63,626 nt of DNA, from positions 88,711 through 152,336 of IMG/VR virus record IMGVR_UViG_3300023179_000017. One strand, given 5' to 3'. The notes beneath the pieces are model-generated. The model was not told the origin of the DNA. It worked only from the letters and a program-made list of their open reading frames with translations, and did no database searches. The position numbers were made by a program, and so were the translations under genes. This document shows positions 28,890 to 37,445 of the stretch, piece by piece. This DNA comes from a virus. The number at the start of each line of letters is the position of its first letter. Positions within the stretch are counted from its first letter, which is position 1.

Positions 28890-30284
28890 GTGGGTTTCTG
28901 GGAAGGTTTTGAAAAAAAAGCTCGCTGCTGGAAAGGCTACAAACCCGTACCTGGAAAAAAACCGCTTAGCAAAGGCTCGTGTGAAAAGATAGCTGACGAC
29001 AAAACACTATATCGACCAAAGCCTTCTACCCGACCTGGGAAGAAATACATGGTCTACGTAAAAGGCCAGTCTGGAAACCCAAGGCTCATTCATTTTGGAG
29101 CGACAGGTTACAAACACAATTATTCAGAAGAAGCTAAGAAAAACTTTAGAGCTCGCCACAATTGCGAGGGAGCAAGTAAAGACACCCCTAAGTGGTGGGC
29201 CTGTAATTATCTGTGGGGCACCAAACAACCTGTTGGTACAAAGACAAATAAAAGCATTACAAAATCCGCAGGGGCTAAAACCAAAGCTTTAGTCAAATAC
29301 ATAGGGTCCACAGCGAAGGAAGAAGCATTGCACGAGCCAGAAAATGTATATCGCTGGCTTAGACGAGAAGTACACAGAAAATCGCTTAGAGACGCGGCCA
29401 TAGGGGGAATTGGCGGAGCTGTTGCAGGAGCTGCACTCCCACAATCCGGCCCAGACAAGATTACACCAGAGCAAAAAGAAAAGAATAAAGAGTTTATGAA
29501 CTGGTGGTCGTCACTCTCAAACTATGAACGTTCTAAAGAAGAAAACCGGCGCATCTTTAACTCTGGCTACGTACAAACTAAAGGCCAAAAAAGGCTTGGT
29601 GCGGCTATTGCTGGCGGATTAGGTTTGGGGACGGGTACTTTATTAGCAAGTGGCGTTGCTAGAAATGCGCGCGCAACTAGGGCGCAATTAAAATATGAAA
29701 ACAGTTTGAAGGGGGCGTTTTGGCACACACCTAGCGGAATGGTGACGAGTCTCGACCCAAATGAAACTGCCAAGAACATTATAACTAAGTTTAAGGACGT
29801 AATTCATAAGCGCCCGCCAATTACTGTAAGGCACGGATTTTCTAATGACGTCGAACAAGTACCAGCAGCCGATGCTTACAACGAGCTTATGCAGCGTTAC
29901 AAAAGACGGAGACCGGCGTTTATGACCAGTGGTCCTTTTGCATCCCCCGAATCCCGAGCCGCCGACATACTACAAAATGAGATTGCAGGAAAAGTTTTTG
30001 AACAAGCGCGTACGGCAACAAAAGGTAATATCCCTGGAATTGTTAGCCGCCTTAAAGCTGAAGGAATAAAAGACTACAAGCAATTTGCTAGGAAGTACCA
30101 CCCCGACGTACAGAGCGCAGATACGCCAAAAGAAATATCGGATAACTTTAGCGAGATATACAAAGCCTTTAGAGGAAATACCAACGACTCGGATGAAATT
30201 ATTGAAAAGATTATTCGAGAGAATCAGGAAAAGATTAGAGCCGCAAATGCTGCCGTGAAGAAGTTTAAGCCTAGAGGAGAGTGA
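28890..30284 (+). CDS. multi-module internal polyprotein (signal, CWKGY module, KKYMVYV-HFG-RARHNC module, glycine zippers, J-domain-like HPD)
   Basis: modules separated by EKKA, EKIA, TKSA; C-terminal YKQFARKYHPD. Confidence 0.6.
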   Translation: MGFWEGFEKKARCWKGYKPVPGKKPLSKGSCEKIADDKTLYRPKPSTRPGKKYMVYVKGQSGNPRLIHFGATGYKHNYSEEAKKNFRARHNCEGASKDTPKWWACNYLWGTKQPVGTKTNKSITKSAGAKTKALVKYIGSTAKEEALHEPENVYRWLRREVHRKSLRDAAIGGIGGAVAGAALPQSGPDKITPEQKEKNKEFMNWWSSLSNYERSKEENRRIFNSGYVQTKGQKRLGAAIAGGLGLGTGTLLASGVARNARATRAQLKYENSLKGAFWHTPSGMVTSLDPNETAKNIITKFKDVIHKRPPITVRHGFSNDVEQVPAADAYNELMQRYKRRRPAFMTSGPFASPESRAADILQNEIAGKVFEQARTATKGNIPGIVSRLKAEGIKDYKQFARKYHPDVQSADTPKEISDNFSEIYKAFRGNTNDSDEIIEKIIRENQEKIRAANAAVKKFKPRGE

Positions 30285-30318
30285 TTAGGCTTCTCAATAC
30301 AACAATACCTACTTTAAT

Positions 30319-30825
30319 ATGAGCAAATTCTGGAAGGGCTTTCGAAAGCATGTCTCCACTGTAGCTATCATTTGTGGGGACGAAATGCTGATTGGACGTA
30401 GAAAAGATAACGGCAAGTGGACCAATCCGGGCGGGCATTTGAATAAAGACGAAGACCCCGCGGCTGGCGCTATTAGAGAGGTCAAAGAAGAGTCCGGTGT
30501 CGACTGTGAAAAATTAGAACACCTCGTCACAAAAAAAGTCATAAGCCCAATAGGGAAGCGCCTAGTCATTCATGCCTTTAAATGCAAACTTTCCAAAAAA
30601 CCTAAAACAACTACTGAGCTAGATCCAGATAATGAGATATCATCATGGAAGTGGATATCTATTAAAGATGGCCTTCCAGACGAAATCTTAAAGAATCTCC
30701 ACAGCCCTAAGAATGTTTTACTAGAGGCTTTGGGGCTTCAGAAAAAGGCCGCCACAATAACGCAGAGCGGTAGTGGCGAGTTCTGGTCTGGGTTTAATAA
30801 GCACGCATCCACCAACCCCCTTTAA
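30319..30825 (+). CDS. Nudix hydrolase bracketed by two copies of the shared signal
   Basis: Nudix box GGHLNKDEDPAAGAIREVKEESG; FWKGFRKH at N-terminus, FWSGFNKHA at C-terminus. Confidence 0.85.
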   Translation: MSKFWKGFRKHVSTVAIICGDEMLIGRRKDNGKWTNPGGHLNKDEDPAAGAIREVKEESGVDCEKLEHLVTKKVISPIGKRLVIHAFKCKLSKKPKTTTELDPDNEISSWKWISIKDGLPDEILKNLHSPKNVLLEALGLQKKAATITQSGSGEFWSGFNKHASTNPL

Positions 30826-31056
30826 GGAGGACGGACCCTTGAGAGTCAAAGCCGAAGACCTAAAGATGCTCATGGACTATCTAGAAAAAGAAATTGTTGA
30901 TACAGTAGATATAGATATCGGAAGCGACAAATTCTCTATTGGCTTCAAATTTGTAGATGAAGAAAACAGAGAGTGCAACATCATTATCTATCAAGATATC
31001 AGAGACATGAAGCCAGACCTGATAAAAAAGATGGCTTTAAATACCAGGATCAAAAA

Positions 31057-31227
31057 GTGAAAAAACTTCAGTTTGAAGTAGACGAACAAACCTACCAAGA
31101 TGTTGAGGCAGCAGCTAAGTCTCTTAAAGTGTCTGTGGAAGATTTTGTAAAGTCTATGTTCATTCAGGGCTTGCTCGCTCTTAATACTGCTGTGGAGGTT
31201 ATGCGCAAAAAACAACAAGGGGGATAA
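31057..31227 (+). CDS. small ribbon-helix-helix protein
   Basis: LQFEVDEQTYQDVEAAAKSLKVSVEDFV; GTG start overlapping previous stop. Confidence 0.5.
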   Translation: MKKLQFEVDEQTYQDVEAAAKSLKVSVEDFVKSMFIQGLLALNTAVEVMRKKQQGG

Positions 31228-32025
31228 ATGAAATGTTTCATTCTCTTGCTCTTTATTTGCACATCGTTACACGCTTTAGATAGAGGGATAGTCGATAGTC
31301 CAAAAACAAAAAACTCAGCACTTCTAGTCAGCGCCGCAAACGGCCTTCCCGGCCTTGAATACGACATCAAAAACTTAGAAGAAATCACTACCCACAAAAG
31401 CAACAACTTCTTTGTAAAGAAGCTTCAAAAAGGAAAAGGTACAGCAAGTAACATTGCTGAATCTCTTTTTGAGTTGGCCAACGACTCAACTAAAGACGCT
31501 ACCTATCTTTTTTATTTTACAGGCCATGGGTCCAAAGGATCTATTCTTACTGAAGATAAGACCCTGCGGATTGAACAGATTAGACAGGCCCTCGTACTTG
31601 GCCGCCAGAATCACGGACCTATGAAAAGGCTCGTGTTTATTTTGGACTCTTGCTTCTCGGGCTCTTTGATCGACCCGCTTAGAAACCTAAAACCCTTTGC
31701 CCTGTTAGATTCGGAGATTGCTTCTCAGAGTATGCTTCAAGATGTCATTGATATTTTTGAAACAAGAGACGGGGAGGAGCCTCTGTATCAGTCCCTTCTA
31801 GCTTTTGTATCGGCTCAATCCGACGAGACTTGCCTTGCTGGAAGCTCGGGTTCTGCCTTTACGGTAGCTCTAAAGAAAGCTTGGATCAAAGGAATGGAAA
31901 GCGGATATACCATCAATCAGCTTATCTCTGAAACCAAGAAACTCACCAATGGCAGCCACCCAGCCGCAAGGCTTGTGCCTAGTTCATTAGGTGAGGAGAA
32001 GCTGTATGTTGAAGAGGTAAAATAA
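31228..32025 (+). CDS. caspase-like (C14, metacaspase/orthocaspase) peptidase with signal peptide
   Basis: YFTGHG (His) and LDSCFSG (Cys) dyad, GSAFT motif; hydrophobic N-terminus. Confidence 0.85.
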   Translation: MKCFILLLFICTSLHALDRGIVDSPKTKNSALLVSAANGLPGLEYDIKNLEEITTHKSNNFFVKKLQKGKGTASNIAESLFELANDSTKDATYLFYFTGHGSKGSILTEDKTLRIEQIRQALVLGRQNHGPMKRLVFILDSCFSGSLIDPLRNLKPFALLDSEIASQSMLQDVIDIFETRDGEEPLYQSLLAFVSAQSDETCLAGSSGSAFTVALKKAWIKGMESGYTINQLISETKKLTNGSHPAARLVPSSLGEEKLYVEEVK

Positions 32026-32953
32026 AAGAGGTCTTTAACCTTCCCGACTTAGCGGCTCTTACGTTCTCATATCTAATTCGGCTGTAGTGTTTTTTACAGA
32101 GCCCCTTAGAAAAAGCTGCTACCCCTGTCTCACATTGAAGACAGTGTTTTATTTTGACGGGCCGTTCGTAGTCCATAGCGAGGCCTTTTTTGTATCGATA
32201 GTAGTGTATCGAGCAAAGACCTCGGCACCGGGCGGGCTTGTTGCATCCTGTAGTTTTATCAACCCCAAACTTGCAGGTCTTTCCTTTATTTTTTATTTCT
32301 TTTACCAAAGGTTTTTTTAAGATGTGCCTTGCGTAGTGAGTGCGGCAAAGGAGCTTACAGTAAGCTGGTTTTTGGCAGACCTTACAAACCTTGCCTTGGT
32401 TTTTAAAAAGTCGTGGTTTTAATCGATTGCCATGAAAGTCATACACACCGCGAACGTGGGAATCGATATGCTTTTTACAAAACCCGTTCCCCCGTGGCCT
32501 CTTACCACACCCAACAACTTTGCAGATATCTAGCTCCCCGTATTTCCAAATACGGATTCGCTTCCCAGTCTCTCTTCCCTCAAAGTCGATAATCCCTTTT
32601 CGATACTGGTTGTAGTGGGTCGGGCAAAAGCCTTTTGTAATCTTTCCTTTCTTACCACACACAAAACAAGGAAAGTCCCTAGCATACCGAACACGGCGAA
32701 TATTAGGGTTCTGTGTTCCATCAGAAAGAAGTGCCCCTCGTTTATAAGCCCAGGAGTGCCTCTCACAAAACCCATGCCTTCTTGTTTTCTCTTCACACTC
32801 TTCAACTTTACACGTGCCACCCCTGACTTGAATGGGTTTGATAATCACTAGGTCTTGGGTCATGTTTCCTTTTTCAACCCACTTCCTGTGTTTATTACAA
32901 AGACCCCACCGCTGTATCCTCATGTTGTAGCATGAAGGAAAGCGACATCTCAT
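31979..32953 (-). CDS. protein with seven tandem CCCH zinc-finger-like repeats
   Basis: 7x C-x(2-9)-C-x(8-10)-C-x2-H; very basic. Confidence 0.7.
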   Translation of the reverse strand: MRCRFPSCYNMRIQRWGLCNKHRKWVEKGNMTQDLVIIKPIQVRGGTCKVEECEEKTRRHGFCERHSWAYKRGALLSDGTQNPNIRRVRYARDFPCFVCGKKGKITKGFCPTHYNQYRKGIIDFEGRETGKRIRIWKYGELDICKVVGCGKRPRGNGFCKKHIDSHVRGVYDFHGNRLKPRLFKNQGKVCKVCQKPAYCKLLCRTHYARHILKKPLVKEIKNKGKTCKFGVDKTTGCNKPARCRGLCSIHYYRYKKGLAMDYERPVKIKHCLQCETGVAAFSKGLCKKHYSRIRYENVRAAKSGRLKTSFILPLQHTASPHLMN

Positions 32954-33459
32954 ACTAGGGTACCTAACACTTCAAAGAGCTTAAGATTTAGTTTGTTGAT
33001 GGATTCTTCAGATACATTCCACGAGCTTGCTAGGTCGACCGCTTTAAAAGTAATCTCTTGGATTTCCCAATCTTGCATAGGAAGCCAAATTTTTACTTCT
33101 ACCGTTTGGGGAATAACGTCATTCATCACTTTAGCAATCGCATATACCACTCTATCAATTGAAACTTTAAACGGCTTCTTCGTGTGATGGGCGCTAATGT
33201 GCCAGACGTAATCTTCCCCATGCCAGCCATGCTGAATCCTTATCCACCCAGATACCTGGTCAACCAAAGAGGGAGCCGAAATCTGATCGGGCTGACCCCC
33301 TGTGACTCGTGAGAAGCTATTTGGATCTGTGACTAGCGGTTTAATCACCTCCATAAAAGTTTCTACTTGTTCTTCCGGAGTATTGAATATGTCATCAAGG
33401 ATGTTCTTTTCCATTACGCCCCCAAAGTTTGGTAGATTAAATCCTGAGGATCTAACCAC
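32950..33459 (-). CDS. hypothetical protein
   Basis: coupled operon ORF (true start probably 33414). Confidence 0.55.
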   Translation of the reverse strand: MVRSSGFNLPNFGGVMEKNILDDIFNTPEEQVETFMEVIKPLVTDPNSFSRVTGGQPDQISAPSLVDQVSGWIRIQHGWHGEDYVWHISAHHTKKPFKVSIDRVVYAIAKVMNDVIPQTVEVKIWLPMQDWEIQEITFKAVDLASSWNVSEESINKLNLKLFEVLGTLV

Positions 33460-33842
33460 ATAGTTTTAAAACGACTAAGCCCATCTTTAAAAGAACCCGT
33501 ATCCCAATTACCATTTTCTGGTATAGCGGTATGCGGGATTAAAAACATTTCTTTTGTTTCGCCAATAGCCACAAGACCAAATGCCAAATTGCCAGAGAGC
33601 TTAACACTTTCTAAAAAGGTTTGCTGCTCTCCAGTAAAAGGGTGTTTTAGTAGTTGTGCTTTGTCGCTGGGCCATTCTCTTGCGTATTTACATTCGAGTG
33701 CCAGCGTCTTTCCAAAACCAAAAATAAGAAAGTCGCTAATCCCAATAGTAAATTTATCAGAGGCCTTAATCATAAAAACTCTAGGTTGTAGCCGCCTAAG
33801 TGCTTTACTTAAGGCGGCATTGAATTCATTTTCGTTCTTCAT
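33414..33842 (-). CDS. Holliday junction resolvase / VRR-NUC-like PD-(D/E)XK nuclease
   Basis: NENEF, GISD, LECK and EQQTFL motifs. Confidence 0.7.
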   Translation of the reverse strand: MKNENEFNAALSKALRRLQPRVFMIKASDKFTIGISDFLIFGFGKTLALECKYAREWPSDKAQLLKHPFTGEQQTFLESVKLSGNLAFGLVAIGETKEMFLIPHTAIPENGNWDTGSFKDGLSRFKTMWLDPQDLIYQTLGA

Positions 33843-34450
33843 GGGAAAAGCTCCATCGTCCAGTCCCGCACAACACCGTCATTTATCTTATTCATCTCCA
33901 CGGAGTTAATTTTTCCGTGGTCGATATTTGTAATAATGTGTGGGCGCTGTTTTTTTGTTTCAAATACAGAGTTAATAATTTGCGGTGCTGGTTTAGTCTC
34001 TAGCACTACCCTTAGCTCATCAGAGTTTAAACAGGGCATTGTTCTCCATTCTTTTTCGTACTTGTCTGAATAGCGTGGAATCCACGTGTGATTCGTCATA
34101 TGTACAACAAGAGGAGAGAACTTAAACCAGTTCCACCCTTTAGCTAGAATGTCGCCCAAGGTGTTTTTAAGAACACTTTGAGCTTCTTCTTTACTAGCTT
34201 CTGGGTGCGGTAACCCAAGATCCTGCCTGACCATCATCTCAAATAGGTCAATGGCTGCTTCTTGATGGAGCAAAACATTTTCTCTGTAAGCTTTAATATC
34301 TTTGTCTAAAACTGCTTTTTGAATAGCGCCGACTAGGTGTCTAAGGTAACCATCAAAAGGCGGCAGTTTTTTAGCGAAGTCTACAAACCCGTTAAGCGAG
34401 TCTCTAGACACAGAGTCCCTATAGGACTCGAAGTGGTCATGTAAATTCAT
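33839..34450 (-). CDS. hypothetical protein
   Basis: 203-aa ORF with RBS GGAG. Confidence 0.6.
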   Translation of the reverse strand: MNLHDHFESYRDSVSRDSLNGFVDFAKKLPPFDGYLRHLVGAIQKAVLDKDIKAYRENVLLHQEAAIDLFEMMVRQDLGLPHPEASKEEAQSVLKNTLGDILAKGWNWFKFSPLVVHMTNHTWIPRYSDKYEKEWRTMPCLNSDELRVVLETKPAPQIINSVFETKKQRPHIITNIDHGKINSVEMNKINDGVVRDWTMELFP

Positions 34451-34458
34451 AGTTGCTC

Positions 34459-34878
34459 CTACTGGATGAGTTCTTCAATCCGCTCAATGGCAGATTTTAG
34501 ATCTCGACTTTTTCGTAGGATTTCCACAGCTTGTTTTAAACCTTGACGATAGTTGACTGTATCAAGCGAATCATCCGGATATACTGCAAAGGTTCTCACC
34601 CTTGTGTGGTCTTGTCCGTCAACACTGTCCTGACGAAGATAACCATCAATCGTATATCGACTTCCCTGTTTTACTTTTTGTGCCGTTACTTCAGCGCTCT
34701 TACCGAGGCTTTCGATTTTGATAATATTGGCTTTTAATTGAGCGCTTCCGTTCTTATCGATGAACCGCTCATTAACTTGGATAGTAAAAGTAGCGAAGGG
34801 TGTTTTAGATGCGAGTCTGGTTAGTACAGGTTGGGTAATAACTAAACCGCTGATCCAGACTTTGTTGATATCGCCCAT
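34459..34878 (-). CDS. ssb: single-stranded DNA-binding protein (no acidic tail)
   Basis: INKVWISG...P..., GKSAE...KQGS...IDGYL OB-fold pattern. Confidence 0.8.
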   Translation of the reverse strand: MGDINKVWISGLVITQPVLTRLASKTPFATFTIQVNERFIDKNGSAQLKANIIKIESLGKSAEVTAQKVKQGSRYTIDGYLRQDSVDGQDHTRVRTFAVYPDDSLDTVNYRQGLKQAVEILRKSRDLKSAIERIEELIQ

Positions 34879-34945
34879 GTGTTCTCCCCGTAATATGCTG
34901 TGTAATAAACACAGAATATCACGGGGATAAACTGAATGGAAATCA

Positions 34946-35953
34946 CTAATTGGTTAATCTAGCCACGTTTCCATGAAGCTCTAATCGCTTTTTAGCGGCG
35001 ATTTGAGCCAGCTGGCCGTTTCTAGAAAGGGTATGATAAAGCGCGTCGGCCTTACCGTGGTTAGGATGATGCTTACATTCCGTGTACTTACAAAATTTAG
35101 ATCCGCAGTTAGCGTTTCCAAATACTTGAATACCGCCATTTAAGCACTTCTCACAAATGTGTCGGTTGACCCCGTTTAGGTAAACCATTTCCACACACCA
35201 CGACGAAAGCCCACAGCTTACGCAGCTTTCTGGCTGCCTATTTAAACGAGTGACATGTTCACTTGCAATCGGTACTCCCTCATACAAATAAGCGTATCCT
35301 TCCTTGTAAGCTTGATAAAACAGGTCATGATTATGAGTCCTAAATTCACGGCCAAAAGGACCTGCTATCCACAAGAAGGTAGCCCAAGCGGGTAACTTGA
35401 AGTAAGCGTTGATGACCTCTGTGTTGCCACCAGACGCTCTTTCAAGCCATTTCCTTGTTTCATTTGACACCGAGTCGATTCCCTCAGCAAAAGAATAAAA
35501 CAGGGCGTCTTCAATTTCTTGGCCCATTCCATAAGGCAAGCTTTCAAGGCCTGGCTTTGCAATGAGCTCGTTAAAGACCACCTCGTCTTGCCCTTTCACA
35601 TAAATAAAGGTCTCAAGCTTTTCTGGGTTCGCTTCGTGTTTTTGGTTATCGATAGTAACTTCGTAAGCGTACTCCATCCAGTCTTCACAAACTTCCACAT
35701 CGCTCACACCACACAGAAGTGAGTAAGGTGCGAAGGTATCCAAGTAGGAAAGGGTGACGCCAGCTCCTACGTCTATGACTTCTTTTGGCGGAACTGTAAT
35801 ATTAAAACGTTTAAATTGCTCCTCACAGAAGAGAACGGCCTCGTCTGGAACGTTACCATAATAGTCTACGTTCATTATTCCGTAGCCTGTGTCAGCAACC
35901 CAGTCGTATAGCGAGTGTTCCTTCTGATAGGTTTTGTTTCCTCCGATACGCAT
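34946..35953 (-). CDS. hypothetical protein with Cys-rich C-terminal domain
   Basis: CVSCG...C...HICEKC...C...C...C.HHP; similar to 62211..62768. Confidence 0.6.
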   Translation of the reverse strand: MRIGGNKTYQKEHSLYDWVADTGYGIMNVDYYGNVPDEAVLFCEEQFKRFNITVPPKEVIDVGAGVTLSYLDTFAPYSLLCGVSDVEVCEDWMEYAYEVTIDNQKHEANPEKLETFIYVKGQDEVVFNELIAKPGLESLPYGMGQEIEDALFYSFAEGIDSVSNETRKWLERASGGNTEVINAYFKLPAWATFLWIAGPFGREFRTHNHDLFYQAYKEGYAYLYEGVPIASEHVTRLNRQPESCVSCGLSSWCVEMVYLNGVNRHICEKCLNGGIQVFGNANCGSKFCKYTECKHHPNHGKADALYHTLSRNGQLAQIAAKKRLELHGNVARLTN

Positions 35954-36984
35954 AGTATTCTCCTCAAATCTAGTGGTTTGGCAGTTACGCCAGATTTAAA
36001 ATTTCCAACTCTTGAAACAAGACTCCAGTGTGGGTGCAACAAAAACTGTGGGGTCTTTGCTGAATAAAGCGCCCACTTCACAGGCCGCTTCCCATACTGA
36101 ATAAACCTTGTTCCATTTTTATAATTTAAATAGTCCCATCCCCGACCAAGCCAACGAAAGCTTGACCAGTAGCAATCAACCGAATGCCCTGAACGGAACC
36201 TTGGTGCTAATTTTTTTATACCAAGCCACATGCTCGTCTCCCCCTTCTGACCAACAAAACAGCAAGGCTGCCCATGCTGCTAAATGCAGTTGGTCGATTG
36301 TAATTGATTCAAATAGTTGTGCTTTGAGTCGGTACTCGAGAGGACCGATTAAGGCGTACTTCTCTGGCTCTGTGAGACCTGGGTGTTGATATCTATCAAC
36401 CGCCTCATCAGCAGACCTAGGAAAATAATTGTTGTCAGAGACGTACTTAAGTACGAACTCACCAATGACATTGATGCATCTGTTGCTTGGGGCTTGCGCC
36501 TCAAAGCGAACAAATTGATCAAAGATAAAACAAGCTAACTCTGTCGGTATTGTCCACGGAAACATAATCCCATCCTCCTACGGGTAAGACCCCATAGAAG
36601 AAGTGGGGTCTTATGTTAATTCAAATTTTGTAACCTTCATGTCGGGTTGACCGTTGCCATCTAAGCAATCTTCAAACTCAACAGAAAAGTGTTTAGTGCG
36701 CGGTGTAAGATATTCATCGGTGGTTGTTTTTAAAACACGGATGACTACTTCGCCTTCAGCTTGATAAGCATTGTCCGCATAAGTCTTATTCCCGATTCCT
36801 TTGGGACTGTGTTGCAGACTTGTCACATCAACTTTTGTGGCAAACCACAATTCATCTGTGGGTGCTACTGTTGGGATATGGTCTCTTACGACCACTTCTG
36901 GTTTTTCTTCGGGTGTGTACTCAACTACATTCCCTCTGTTCTTACCGCCAGTGACGCCTTTGATTTTCATTGTTTCCTCCTAAA

Positions 36985-37437
36985 TTATTTTTCTGGTGCC
37001 TGATATAAATTAACCCCGTCTGAAACATATTCCCCATCAGGTAAATTTTTAAGGGGGCTTACGTTAGCCCGTTTCCGGCTATGTTCAGTCCGAAGCATTT
37101 CGTCTTGCTGAGTTTTTTGTAGATGCTCTTGGTAGGATCGGGTGTACTGATTTTCAATCCTGCCCGTCTTCATGTAATGAAGTTTAGTTTTAGAGATGTA
37201 AGTAGTCGAGCCATCTTTGTTTTTAATGGCGACTGCTTTTCGTCCATTCTGATCAAACTCTATCTCTGTTGTTTGTTTTACCTGAATAGGTTTGAAGCCA
37301 GCGTACTGGCCAGTTTGACCGCAAGTCGGGCAAGGGGCCGACCGGGGCATGTCATCCCCGGCCTTACCCCTCATCAGAAACTCATGCCCAACACAGTTGT
37401 AGATGTACTCGTAATCGAGGTCTTGCAACCATCCCAT
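36985..37437 (-). CDS. FmdB-like zinc-ribbon protein
   Basis: Y.C.GHEF...CPTCG. Confidence 0.45.
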   Translation of the reverse strand: MGWLQDLDYEYIYNCVGHEFLMRGKAGDDMPRSAPCPTCGQTGQYAGFKPIQVKQTTEIEFDQNGRKAVAIKNKDGSTTYISKTKLHYMKTGRIENQYTRSYQEHLQKTQQDEMLRTEHSRKRANVSPLKNLPDGEYVSDGVNLYQAPEK

Positions 37438-37445
37438 GTGTTCTC

